DNA of 59,476 nt, the filler included, from Sphacelaria rigidula (lineage: Eukaryota), in NCBI GenBank assembly GCA_964200075.2. It is 9 parts of 9 records of this genome, joined end to end, with 100 filler letters (N's around TTAATTAATTAA, not from the genome) between each part and the next. Parts side by side here need not be neighbours in the genome. Positions count along the whole stretch, not along the records: positions 1 to 6,521 come from CAXNAA020019578.1; positions 6,622 to 13,141 come from CAXNAA020019579.1; 7 more parts are not named here. One strand, given 5' to 3'. The notes under the pieces were generated by a model. It was not told where the DNA came from. It made no database searches and saw only the letters and a program-made list of their open reading frames with translations. The number at the start of each line of letters is the position of its first letter. Positions within the stretch are counted from its first letter, which is position 1. Of this stretch, positions 1-11,195 are shown in pieces. The position numbers and the translations under genes are program-made.

Positions 1-170
1 TCTTAGCAGGATGCAGCTCACCCTTCATGCGACTCGCCGAACGCACCACGGCGCTCCGCGCTTGGTGATTGAGTGCGGACCCGGTCCGACGAAAACCAGG
101 TGTGAACGGCTTTGTAGAGATGCGAGACCAATAGTCTAATGACTACGGCATGCATGATGATGAGTACACC
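1..170 (+). repeat. Dispersed repeat family R1, 3' part with C-rich tail
   Basis: TCTTAGCAGGAT.CAGC.CACCCTTCATGCGACTCGCCGAAC...GCGCTTGGTGATTGAGTGC...TGACTA.GGCATG...GAGTACACCCC matches 11018-11195 and 30218-30340 on other contigs. Confidence 0.85.
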
Positions 171-799
171 CCCCGCCCCGCCCCCGCCCCTTCGGAGGGT
201 TGACGTTGGCTGGCAACGAAGCTATTAGAAAGTCGAAAGTTGGGTAGTAGTGTATCTGAGGCCGGACCCGATGTACCGAAAACTTGTAACTTTAACTCCA
301 GTGTTTAGGTTCGTCCGCAAGATATTCAAACTTTGGTAGAGGAAATACCAAGGTATTCCCAGAGTTGCCCACCTATGATTGGTGCTGGTTCAAGATCAAA
401 CTTCAGCGAACATTCGGATACCGTACATTCGAGAAAGTATTTGGATCAAAACCAAATGGCACAAAACTAGGGTAGAATGAATATTGGGATATTGTCGCAA
501 GGCGTTCGGATTGTACCGTGAAATTGCTGCACGGCGCCAGCATATCGAAGGCGTTGCGAGGTATTGAGGATGTATCGCCGTGGGTGGGGGCTGGTAAGAT
601 CAGGCGCTGGGGCAGGTCGGTTCACTGTTCATTCACCTGCACGGTTTTTTAAATTTTTTTATAACCATCATTCGCTCATACTCCTCGTAGCCTGTAATGT
701 GACGCCACCCATCGAATTCATGGCCATCGTTCGCCCATGTATTCAACAGAGTCTGTTAAGTGACGTCACAAAGTCGCCGACAGTCACGGATATTCACAA

Positions 800-1320
800 T
801 ACCCAAGTGATACTCTATACTCAAGTATTACTGAGAGTGCTTCCTAAATGATCAAGCAGAGTATTGGAGGTCGTACTCGATCAACTCAAAATTTGAGTAA
901 AGTACGTGAGGCCGTACTCGACCTACTCCAAATTTGAGTAGAGTATTTGAGGTCATACTCAAGTGATACTCTAGACTCAAGTGTTCTTGAGAGTGCCTAC
1001 TAAACGTCTGAGTAGAGTATTTGAGGTCGTACTCGATCTACTCGAAATTTGAGTAGAGTATTTGAGGCCATACCCAACCTACTCAGAATTTGAGTGAAGT
1101 ATTGAGGTCATACCCAAGTGATACTCTAAACTCGAGTATTACTGAGAGTGCTTACTCAATATTCGAGTAGAGCATTTAAGGTTGTACTCGATCTATTGTA
1201 CTCAAAATTTGAGTAGAGTATTCGACGCCGCACTCGCCCTACTCAAACTTTGAGCAGAGTAAATACTCGAGTATTTTACGCGAGTACTCGAAAGTACATA
1301 CTCTGCTCGACCTGCCCTTT
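800..1320 (-). mobile_element. Truncated copy of the hAT-like TACTC/GAGTA-array element
   Basis: 1225-1320 is the reverse complement of the left end of the 57183-58097 element, including a degenerate TIR (CTCTGCTCGACCTGCCCTTT), and it has the same internal ~41-bp repeats. Confidence 0.85.
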
Positions 1321-1322
1321 CT

Positions 1323-1405
1323 ATGACGCCAAATGATGTTTTTGACGCCAAATGATGTTTATGAAGCCAAACGATGTTCACGAAGCCAAAATATGTTCAT
1401 GAAGC
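1323..1405. repeat. Minisatellite, ~19-bp unit, about 4 copies
   Basis: TGACGCCAAATGATGTTTA-like unit repeated in tandem. Confidence 0.8.
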
Positions 1406-1701
1406 GGTGTAGCAGTTGTTTGTGCGTACTGTTCCACGGATCGATCCATGGGTCCATTTTTTACACCTCACGTCCTAAACTTTGAGCGGGTTGCCCCTCA
1501 GCATGGTCGCCGAGGCCAAACCAAGACAAAAAATAAGGCCAAAGACAACTCTCGCCCACGCCCTGTCCTCCATCCCTATCCAGAGAACAAATATAAGGGT
1601 TGGTCATTCCGAGGGTTACATGCGAGATCCTCACAGGTTTAGCGGGGGTCACGCTACGCTTTCGCTGTATTGGAATCGATCGACTTTCTTATTTCACACC
1701 C

Positions 1702-1742
<41 letters not shown>
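1702..1742. repeat. (TATC)n microsatellite
   Basis: Seen directly. Confidence 0.95.
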
Positions 1743-1743
<1 letters not shown>

Positions 1744-2252
1744 TTTTTCCCTTTGTGTTTTCCATTTTTATTTTTTTTCTTCCCCCCGCCCCCTCGCCCT
1801 CTCCCGTTTCTTCGAACTCTTTCTCGTTCTCCTTTCCCGTCTTTTCTTCACGTTTGGCTGCCTCCTTTTCCGTCCTTGTACTACTTTCGTTCGCCCCCTT
1901 CCTTTCTTTCCCCCCCTCTTGATGGCTCAGGAAAGGAGACGTCGCCGAGCCGGAGCAACGACTGGAAGCGTCGGCGCCAGCTCAAGCGGAGCAAGTAGCG
2001 CAGCCGGCGCCTGCTCGGTAAACTTCGGGGGCGGCGGGGGATCGAGTTCAGGGGCAGCAGGGACGTCATCGGCTGCGTCCGCATCATCGGTAGGTCTAGA
2101 GAGGTTTTTTTCGGGGGTTGACAGACCCAGGTGCTCGCCGGCGTGTGCAGGATGCATCGCCGATGTGAGCCCCCCCAAAGCACGCTTAGCCGAGGGCACC
2201 TTACGCTTCCCTCTGCCCTTAAGATTCTCGGTAGGCTTGGGGCTGAGGTTAA

Positions 2253-3283
2253 CCCCTTTGGGACCGGACCCCCACTAACACAGGGTTGACCCCGTGTCAG
2301 TGAAATAATTAAAAACAAGTGTTCGAGCGACCTGCTCAATCACGTCGAGGCGAAATTGATCGCCCAGACCCGAGCGACCAGCGCGGGGATTGTTGTCGAG
2401 TGTGCTGCCACTGCAAAGATCGTGTGGGGGCCCTATCCCTGGCCCAGATAAGCCTTTCCAGGTTTCCAAGTGCAGGGTGGTCGCGGCTTGGTTTTATGGT
2501 TTTACTTGCTCTCAGTTTATTGTTCCCGAGTTTTTCCGGAGTGTTTTTTGGGTCTCAATCCCATACTGAAACGTAGTAATTTTCACTAACACAGGGTGGA
2601 CCGAAAAAAACCGGCAAGGAGTGTACATGCTACCATGTGGTCATTTTCACGAGAAACAAAATCCAGTTGGGCTGGGGAAAGACAAGAGGAGCTGCCGATG
2701 TGAGCCTCTGCCGATGACTTGCAGTGTGCAGTCAACATATATGCAGTGGACGGGGATGATGAAGCTGTATATAGGCAGCTGATTTCGGTAGCTGAGAATT
2801 GCCCAGAACGTGCAAGGGATTATGCAGCGGTAGCTGCTGCTTCAGTTGGAGAGGCGTACTAAACTTTACTGTACTATTATATCCTGTTGTATGCATGCGC
2901 GCCGCAACGCTGATACCCTTCGAAGAGAATTTTCCGTATGCAACAAGTGGGGAAATGGTGGCCCACCCTGACCGCAAAGGGCTGTGTGGCAAGGTTGTGG
3001 GGAGAAAAGTATAAATCAAAGCCACAAGTGGCGGGCGGCTCGCCGGTCGCCGCATCTTGTCGGAAGCTCCTTACCACTACCCATACTGCTTGCTACATCA
3101 GATGTATACCACCTAATGCGCACCCTGCACCTGAAACAAATTGGATGAAACTTTCGGTCCTCGTTATGACCCGGCGGTTACATACGCGGAGTTTCAGCAA
3201 CACGCCACTGTTTCGTGCCGACACCAGACACGTCATTCCTGACCAGCCTCATTGGTCGTTTTGGAGGCCCGGTCCCCGAAGGG
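2253..3283. mobile_element. Non-autonomous piggyBac-like element (~1.03 kb)
   Basis: TTAA|CCCCTTTGGGACCG ... CGGTCCCCGAAGGG|TCAA: CCC-start TIRs with a TTAA-type TSD. A second copy starts at 25804. Confidence 0.8.
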
Positions 3284-3320
3284 TCAAGGTTAGCGTTTGT
3301 GAATTGATGAAATTAATGTA

Positions 3321-4478
3321 CGAGCTGGGCCAGTCCAGGAGCGGATCTGAAAGTTGCAAGCAGATTCTCACCTGACTTTTGAGTAGGGTATAATATAAGT
3401 AAGTTATTGACGTCGGATTGTTTTTTCATGGGTCGAGGGCAAAAAACAGGATCCAGATTTCACTCAAACGTTCCTACTCATGGAGACAGTCCTCATCGTG
3501 TCCCAACATTTTTGTTCTTGTTATGCCCTAGCGATTCGTTCGTACCAAATCCGAAAGTGCAACTCTCAAAATTGGGGTGATGATTCCAGATTCGCATTCT
3601 GGGCCGGTCGACATTCGGAACGTCCCGAACAGTACTTGGCAGGCTATTCATCAGCCCAGTTTTGATACGTGTGGTTTGAAAGTTAGTGTGGGGAATCCGA
3701 CGGTGTAACAACGAAAAATAACCTGCGAGATTATATTTGTTTCCGTAAGCTGGGGACGTCTCAGTACAGTAAAAAATGAAGTAGATGTTGTTCACGATAA
3801 TGTCCTTTCTCACGAAGGAAACACATGGAGACCCAGTTTTGTTCGGTATTCAGTGTTCAGCTTTATTCTCCGTACTCAATTTCAAACAATTCTAAAAACT
3901 GAGCCTAGAAACTGAGTTGAGGGATAAAACTCATGTCCATTATTTACGAAAACATCCTTGAATCACGCACAAGAAATATCTCGAGATCCTGAAAGTTTTG
4001 TCTCGTTTTGTCCTCACGATACTCAGTACCAACTTTCAAAGCATAGTTATCGAAATTGAGACCCAAAATCAAAACCCAAGTGGATCTCAGTGCCTCTGCC
4101 CGTTATATATTGAGTGTAGTATGGAAAATATGTGCTTCATATCTCTGAATAGGTAACAAATGTGCTGAAGGTGACGGTATCGATCGTCTCTCCGTTCTCT
4201 ACGGAATGTTCATACCAAAAATCATCTGTCGACATATCGCTCGGGGTTTTATATAGACTATGCATAGTAAGGATCCTGTCTCCGTACGGTGTAAGAATTA
4301 CTCGACAAGGCGTGTAATTCACGAGAAAAACTCGACCCAAGCTTTTGAGCACATGGGCGTTTACTTCCCGATTAAACGACTAAAATAATAAGGTATGCGG
4401 ATCATGATCCAATTCGTGTGCGTCGATGCGACATGGCTGTAAGAGCCCTAATAATTTTTTTTAGGTTAGCCCAGCTCG
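3321..4478. mobile_element. Tc1/mariner-like non-autonomous element (TA TSD)
   Basis: TA|CGAGCTGGGC ... GCCCAGCTCG|TA. The interior is homologous to copies at 12277 (inverted) and 56335. Confidence 0.75.
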
Positions 4479-4589
4479 TATTTTCCACCGTGGACTTCGT
4501 TGACAAGTTTGCGTGAAACGTACCTCAGAGAAGAGGTACAGGGCGATGTAGTGATGTGCTCGACTGGAGAGAAGTGTACATGTTCCCCG

Positions 4590-4865
4590 TGAGCAATGCT
4601 ACGGTAGGGGTTGCACGTTTTGTTTCTGGGTCTCTTTTTGTGGGAGCCCAAATACATGGGGCTTGCTGTGCAACCGAAATCTCCGAGGATCGGACTCCCA
4701 GAAACATGATGTTTGCACGCAGGGGCCTTTTCGCGAATCGGCATCATTTTCAGCCTTTTTCAAGTAAAAACGATGACGATTTAAAAAAATGATCCGTCCA
4801 ACACCCCGAGCAACCCCGAGAAAAGTTTTCGCTAACAAAGTGCAACCCCTGACGTAGCATTGCCC
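4590..4865. mobile_element. PIF/Harbinger-like MITE
   Basis: ~26-bp imperfect TIR GAGCAATGCTACGGTAGGGGTTGCAC / GTGCAACCCCTGACGTAGCATTGCCC. The same TIR occurs at 16582-16838 with a 3-bp TSD. Confidence 0.7.
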
Positions 4866-5061
4866 CCATCCATCTGCTCATCGGGGAACGAGTCGCGGAA
4901 CGAAAACACGAAACCGCCGTAGTATTCCCTCGAAAACGCCGGCTTTTAATAATTGGTTGGCGCCGTCAGCTGACAGACTGGAGTATTGCCGCGATAGCCC
5001 CTCCCTCCCTCGTTCCCCCCCAAATCAGCTTCAAAACTATCGCGGGGAAAGTCGTCTCGAA

Positions 5062-5409
5062 GCCGGTCGCTCTGGTGGCTCAGTTGGTAACCTCGATACC
5101 CTCTGACGGTTGGGTCGTGGGTTCAAATCTCGGAGCGATCTGGCATTTTTTATTACACCATGCCCAACAGTGAAGGGCGACTATGTTGTGGGTACACAAA
5201 ATTCGACGTAACGGTCGACGGGGGAAAGGGATCGCTGAACCCCTCTCGCGATAAAAGACAAAGGTGAGCACCGCACAAGGAAGGTGGAGTACAAAAAACA
5301 AAGAAAAAAGAAAAACGCTCCTGTGTTGACCTTTCTCCTGTGTGACCCCGGCTGGTGTGCCCACACATACCGAAAGGTGTAGACCGGCGTCCAGAATAGA
5401 CGGGACGAC

Positions 5410-5463
<54 letters not shown>
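5062..5463 (+). mobile_element. tRNA-derived SINE with (CA)n tail
   Basis: Pol III A box TGGCTCAGTTGG (5076-5087), B box GGTTCAAATC (5120-5129), ~270-bp body and CA tail. Homologous copies at 27631-27991 and 28620-29201. Confidence 0.85.
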
Positions 5464-5464
<1 letters not shown>

Positions 5465-5647
5465 CGCATGATAGCTCGTTTCAGACTGCGCAGAGTGCTT
5501 CACACATACGGCATTGCCAAAATCGTTCACAAGTGTGAGAGTGAGTTCCCAGCCGCTTGGTGTGCTCGGGTTTTTGTCATTTTGATTTACATGTAGGCTT
5601 TGCTTCCTCAAACCAGCCACTTTTCTGGGGATGGGCAGGGAGGGGTT

Positions 5648-5767
5648 GGGGGGGGGGGGGGGGGGGGGGCGGGGGGGGGTGGGGTATTGGAAAAAAAAAA
5701 NNNNNNNNNNGTTTTTGGTTTGTGTTTTATCACTGTGTGTTTGTTCCGAGCATGCGTGAGTTGGTGT

Positions 5768-5817
<50 letters not shown>
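5648..5817. other. Poly-G runs around a 10-N gap (5701-5710); low-quality sequence
   Basis: Long G homopolymers flank an assembly gap and produce spurious poly-P/poly-G ORFs. Confidence 0.8.
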
Positions 5818-5818
<1 letters not shown>

Positions 5819-6463
5819 TGGCGGCATCGGTTACTCGCAAAAAAAAATCCGTAAAGATACGCTGGGTTTTGGTCGTTATGTTTTGTGAACGAAAATCTAG
5901 CCGCCGAGGAATGGATTCTGCGACTGCCATGGTTGTTGTTGCTACTGGAGGTTTGAGTAGCGCACTCGCCGACTACATCGGGTACTGCGGGCAATCGGCA
6001 CTCGCAGAGAGAACGTGGCGTGGCGGCCTAGAAAATGTATTCAGGGGAAATAATGACTAATGAGATGTCCCCGTCGTCATCTCATCTCACTAGGGTAGAG
6101 CGGGTTTCGGTCGACGTTTTTTTTTCGCGCATGGCCGTATGAAGTTTGATCACGTATTTTTCCCCGTTTTTGTTTTTCGAGCCAAGGGTGCAGCCTCTTT
6201 CTAGACTCACCCTGGATTACACATTTTGCAAGTAGCTACATGAGTAGAGGAGGTGAGTTACGGGAGTCCATCGTCAAACAAACCCCTTGGTTGACCCAGT
6301 CCGGTTCTCCTGAACCCCAACCCTACGCCAGTACCCAACCCCAGGCATATCAAGACCCATCCGGCGGGTGGGGATCAGAGAGTACCGCAGGGACCGTGTA
6401 CGATGAGGCCTCAATTGGCGCCGATTGGGGCTCTGCCATCGCACGCTCTTGCCCACCGCACTC

Positions 6464-6521
6464 TGGTTAGACACCCATGAGGCAGTGTAAAGGCCATGGC
6501 TGTCTCTGGAAGTGGCGATAC
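6464..6521 (+). repeat. Dispersed repeat family R1, 5' part cut by the contig end
   Basis: TGGTTAGACACCCATGAGGC...TGGCTGTCTCTGGAAGTGGC matches 10889-10941. Confidence 0.8.
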
Positions 6522-6621
6522 NNNNNNNNNNNNNNNNNNNNNNNNNNNNNNNNNNNNNNNNNNNNTTAATTAATTAANNNNNNNNNNNNNNNNNNNNNNN
6601 NNNNNNNNNNNNNNNNNNNNN
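6522..6621. other. Artificial contig-joining spacer
   Basis: N44-TTAATTAATTAA-N44; stop codons in all six frames. Confidence 0.99.
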
Positions 6622-6932
6622 CCGGAAGAGTGGCGCGGGCCGTCGGGAAACTGAAGAAGAAGAAAAAAAATGTACTTCCTCCCCCCCCCCCCCCCCCCGG
6701 GTGATGCCGGGAGGATCTACACGTTTTCCCCACGTTCAACGATTCTCGTCACGCTAGGAAGGTACATGCCAAAAGTAGGTCAGATTCCGCTGTATTGATT
6801 TTCTCGGACGCACAGTCAGATGTCGACATGAAGATCTCAACAAGATCTTCCCAACGACGCAGGGTTTTATTTTGGGGGGTGGGGGCTACCGTACAATAGC
6901 AACATTCAAGAATGCTAATACTGGAAAAAATA

Positions 6933-9900
6933 CACACTCTGGACAATGGACACGATAATAGTCCACTGCTTCAGTAAAAGACGCGGGGGAAAACCTATCG
7001 ATATGTATTGTCGAACATGATAGATGGTGCAACACGGCTAATGATATGTATTGCAAGGAACAATAGATGTTGCAATAGTCGATCGACAGCCTACAGCAAT
7101 TACGATAGATAAAGATCACTAGCCACCGATGGAAATCGTGTACCGCAGTAGATTCTGGGATGTATATATCGATAGACATTGCCGTTATCAATATATTTGG
7201 TGAGCCATCCATCGATAGTCATTGCCGTCATCAGTAGATTCAGGTCAGCCATCTATCAATACCTATTACCGTCATTAATGGATTTGGTGAGCCGTCTATC
7301 AATAGCCTCTGCAGCCAACAATGCATTTTTGGATATCTCCCAATAATCATTGCCGTCGACGATTGATGTTCTAGGGAGCACCTATCGATAGCCAGTGACG
7401 TCAACGATGGGTTTTGATAAATATATGGCTCACTGCAGTGGTCTTATGGCATCAACGGCAGTAGTCCTCACACATAAACACGAAACTACCTGAGGTGGGA
7501 GTTGGCCATAGCTTCTGTGGAATAAAGTAGAAATATCTACCGACAATGTACATAGCTAGCGATCGACGCCATTCAGTTCCCGTTTTGGCCAGCAATAGTT
7601 ATTGGTGGCCGCGGTTCGATTGCATTGTGACCAGCGATAGACATTGCTGGCCGCGGTTCAGATTATATTGTCACCAGCAATAGACACTGGTGGGCGCCAT
7701 TTGGATCCTATTGTGACCAACAATCTGTATTGCAGTGTTATTCCTTTTCGATAATATGGACGCGGTGCTTTGGCAACTTGGGCGTGAAGAGAATCCGTAC
7801 CTCATGTTGGATGACGCCGAAACTTAGAGAATGTGTAGATTGGTATTAGATGAAGGTGTGACAGTCACAGCTGCGGCAGGAGAAGTCGCTCATGGCCCTG
7901 TCTACATTGATACGGTGGATAATCACCGTGCGCCGATTTTTGTTTTTTCAACACCCTGCTATCTGATGACGACTATAGTGGGTGCAGTGACAGTTGAGCA
8001 CGCTGACTGTGCATGGATCCTGCCGGCCTCATCATCAATCTTCGCCCAGTTATGGATGAACGCTCGAAGAAACCCAACAAACAAGCATCGCTTATGGTCC
8101 GCTATATATATGAGGGTTGGGAGGCGAACGCTTCCGCTCCAAAACGGTCGAGAGTCGAAGGTTAAGCTCCTGTCGCGCCAACAGTAGGTAGCGCGACGGG
8201 CCCTTGCCGGCGTACCTGGTACTGGAGGCGACATCCCGGTACAGACAGTCCCACCACTACCGGCACGGCCGTGCAAACAGGCTGGCAGCCGAAGTGGGCG
8301 TTGCACTGGTATTCTTCTAGCCTTATCAACTCGAATTATCCCCGCATTGGCTTTGCACGTGAATATTTCGGTGATTGCCTCACTTCCACTTCGGCCATAT
8401 TTTGGCGATAAGCCACGGTCTCACTGCCCAACTTTATAGGCGAAAATGGACGACGATGGACGAGATATTTCTGTTCAGCTTTGAAAACAGTGTACTGCGC
8501 GCAGTACTGAAATCTGCTGTCGACTGACGAAGGCAGCACGGCGTCGAATGCGCGCAGTATACTGTGAGACAGGGTCCAGAAATCCCCACGCCGCGAAAGG
8601 TAACAGCAAGCTTTCGCGCCATAGCGCCTGTGTCCCCAGCGACCTTCGCCCAACATACGGGCATTGCTTATAGGAGCGGATAGCAGCGGAGGCGGATTTC
8701 ACTCAGCATCGAGCACGTTGTACCGCTACAGGCCTCACTGCTGCGGGTGGTGCGCAGTAAAACACAGGCGGTAAGCAGCATATGATGTGCTGTACTGTAC
8801 TGTTTCATATGTGTTCAGACCAGTGCGCACGGGGTGGGGCCCGCATGTACATAACCCTCCACGAATTTCGTTGTGTACTATCATAGCGGCACGACTTTTC
8901 AGTAGAAAACGCTTGCAATCTATGCTGTAACATAACTCGTAAGCGATGCAGCTTCCTCAACATCCGCAATCCGCCCGGGAGGCGAGCTCTTGATGCTGGA
9001 AGTGCCCACCCCTCTTTCTGTGATGATGTCCAGTCTTGGGCTCAGACACTTGAAATCTCGGAATATGACGGTATATACTAGAAGGTACATATTCTGCGGC
9101 AATAGTGCCTCCATATTATCGAAAAGGAATAACACTGATTGGTGGCCGCGTTGCAGATCCTACTGCGATTAGCAATAGACATTGATGGCTGCAATTCAGG
9201 GCCTATTGCAAAAAAACACATGTATTGATATAAAACGTGGCCACTCCATTGTCACGGCAATGATACATTTTGTCCCTTGTCCCGAACCTATTGTCGCCTA
9301 CAATAGCTATCGAGAGACAGTGATGACTGACAATTAACGTTGATGGTCAAGTTTTCGAGGCTATTGCAGCCGCAATGTTCTTTTGCATAGTATATTGTCC
9401 AGGGTATAAGCACATTTCACCCACGCAAAAAAAAGTTCTACAAGCGCCAATGTCCATCAGAGGGACAAGCCCTGAGGACCAACATCATACCAATAAAAGC
9501 ACTCGTCAAATTTTGTCCGTACATATTGCGGATTCCTACATCATACAACCGTTCCGAATTTGCAGAATCGTGACGTCATATTTTCACAAGTAGTGTTATC
9601 ATATACCCACGGCATCTTCACCTGCGGCTTCTCTACCGTGCTTCTCCAGAGTATAATATGCGCTATAGATGGTATGTTGCAATGTAGGTGTGGCAGTAGG
9701 CGACAGAGAATATCTACCGGTAGGCATTGTATACCATAATACATTATGGCATGTGTATATCGATATTCATTGCCGCCGTCAATATATCTTGTACGCACTC
9801 TATCAATACCCATCACCGCCATCAAGAGATTTGGTACACAATCTATCAATAGCCATTGCCACCATCAGTATATTTGGCACGTTGTCTATTGATGGCCATT

Positions 9901-10153
9901 GCCATCATCAATATGTTCGGGAAGCTATCGATCGACATATTCGGTAGGCGGCAATAGTTTCAGGTCTAACATAGGGCCACAATAGAAAGCTGCACGGGCA
10001 ATAGTGTGGGAAAGGGGTCTACCGATAGACATTGTCAACGACAAAAGAAAAAGAAACTTGTCGATCGATAGCCATTACGGACGACAATATCGGCATCGAT
10101 TGCGGCAGAGTCTATTGCTATTGCAATAGATACTGTCCATTGTCCAGGATGTG
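6933..10153. mobile_element. Non-autonomous TIR element with 8-bp TSD (CACACCCTGGACAAT family), carrying a nested insertion
   Basis: AAAAAATA|CACACTCTGGACAATGGACA ... TGTCCATTGTCCAGGATGTG|AAAAAATA. Interior has ~43-bp repeats rich in ATCGATAG.CATTGCC. An extra TIR-like end lies at ~9391-9408. Confidence 0.65.
7733..9137. mobile_element. Unclassified DNA transposon, 28-bp perfect TIR, 4-bp TSD
   Basis: ATTG|CAGTGTTATTCCTTTTCGATAATATGGA ... TCCATATTATCGAAAAGGAATAACACTG|ATTG. It interrupts a host repeat unit (CAATAGTTATTGGTGGCCGCGG, intact at ~7593). Confidence 0.85.
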
Positions 10154-10888
10154 AAAAAATACTCTAAGGGTGTAGGGGTGTGTGTGTGTGTGCTATACGT
10201 TATCAAACTCCACAATGGAGGGGGGGGGTGTTATACTTCTCGTCCTAAGGTACTGTTCACTGTTGGAGATGCGAATCGCTCACAAAACAGTTCGTTTTTT
10301 TTTCCAAGATGAGTCCCGGCTCTTTCCGATAGAAAAATCAAGCTAGCCAGTCAGAAGCAAAGGATCCGTCCGGTCGGTTTCAAGGGAACCCCAGAAGGCC
10401 TTCCACGCACATCACACACACTACCGCAGGTGCATTGCTCAAAGCCGTACTGTCCGTACATGATTCATCCTCAAAGTCAAAATTATGCCGATGCTGATGA
10501 CCCACCCTGGGGGCGACTGTAGACAAAGTCGAACTAAAACAGAGAAAACAGCAGTAGTACAATGCGGTACAAAAGCTGTATGGTACAGTGCAGTGCTTTA
10601 CTATCTCCCCCCCCCACTGCGTTCGTTCGTAGCCTGATCCGGCGAAAACCCGGCGTGTTCCGTCCCGGCTTTCTAGGGGCGGACCCCCTATGGGGTTGGC
10701 GTCGGTTGACCGTGACGCTCTAAAACACGCCACTCACTGCGTAAGCTATGCAACCTGGTTACCGATTGTTTTGCGCCCTTGCGTTTTTCGGCGGTAATCG
10801 TGATGGTGGCGGAGCTAGATCATATTGTGCAGGGTGGGAGAACCTCAACTCCGCGCAAAGGAGATGATCGTACTACGTAGTGTTTACA

Positions 10889-11195
10889 TGGTAAGAAACC
10901 CATGAGGCCGTGTGTAAGCCGTGGCTGTCTCTGGAAGTGGCCACACCACAAAATGAAGCAACTCACTGTAGGCTGTCATCCAAATGGAAGATAATTAGTG
11001 CGCTTTGGGCCTGACAATCTTAGCAGGATTCAGCCCACCCTTCATGCGACTCGCCGAACACATCGCGGCGCTTCGCGCTTGGTGATTGAGTGCAAGCCTG
11101 GTCCGGCGAAAACCCGCGGTGCTCCGTCCCGGTTGTGTAGGGATGCAAGGTCAATGGTCGTATGACTATGGCATGCAAAAATATCAGTACACCCC
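10889..11195 (+). repeat. Dispersed repeat family R1, longest copy
   Basis: Matches 6464-6521, 1-170 and 30218-30340; a further fragment lies at ~10633-10680. Confidence 0.85.

Noticed and set aside
1927..2250. GC-rich minus-strand ORF (..KGRGKRKVPSAKR...PVVAPARRRLLS*) as a host exon
   Set aside because: No recognisable domain or clear splice acceptor, and several frames are open. It is followed by a purine tract and (GATA)n, so it may be a retroelement 3' end. Left uncalled.
4137..4352. Apparently conserved peptide EHS.E.GETIDT in ORFs at 4137, 12520 and 58311
   Set aside because: Explained by nucleotide homology among copies of one non-autonomous transposon; the flanking frames are not conserved.
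5062..5140. tRNA gene (also 27631 and 29201)
   Set aside because: A and B boxes are present but I see no clean cloverleaf, and each head continues into the same body and microsatellite tail, so these are SINE heads.
5153..6060. Poly-Pro, poly-Gly and CV-repeat ORFs
   Set aside because: They are translations of G homopolymers, a CA microsatellite and an N gap.
6566..6577. TTAATTAATTAA recurring every ~6.62 kb as a biological motif or piggyBac target
   Set aside because: Always centred in N44 blocks, so it is a synthetic six-frame stop linker.
10494..10525. Hammerhead ribozyme cores (CTGATGA here and at ~30593, 32067, 53230)
   Set aside because: None has a stem II followed by GAAA with matching stems I and III.
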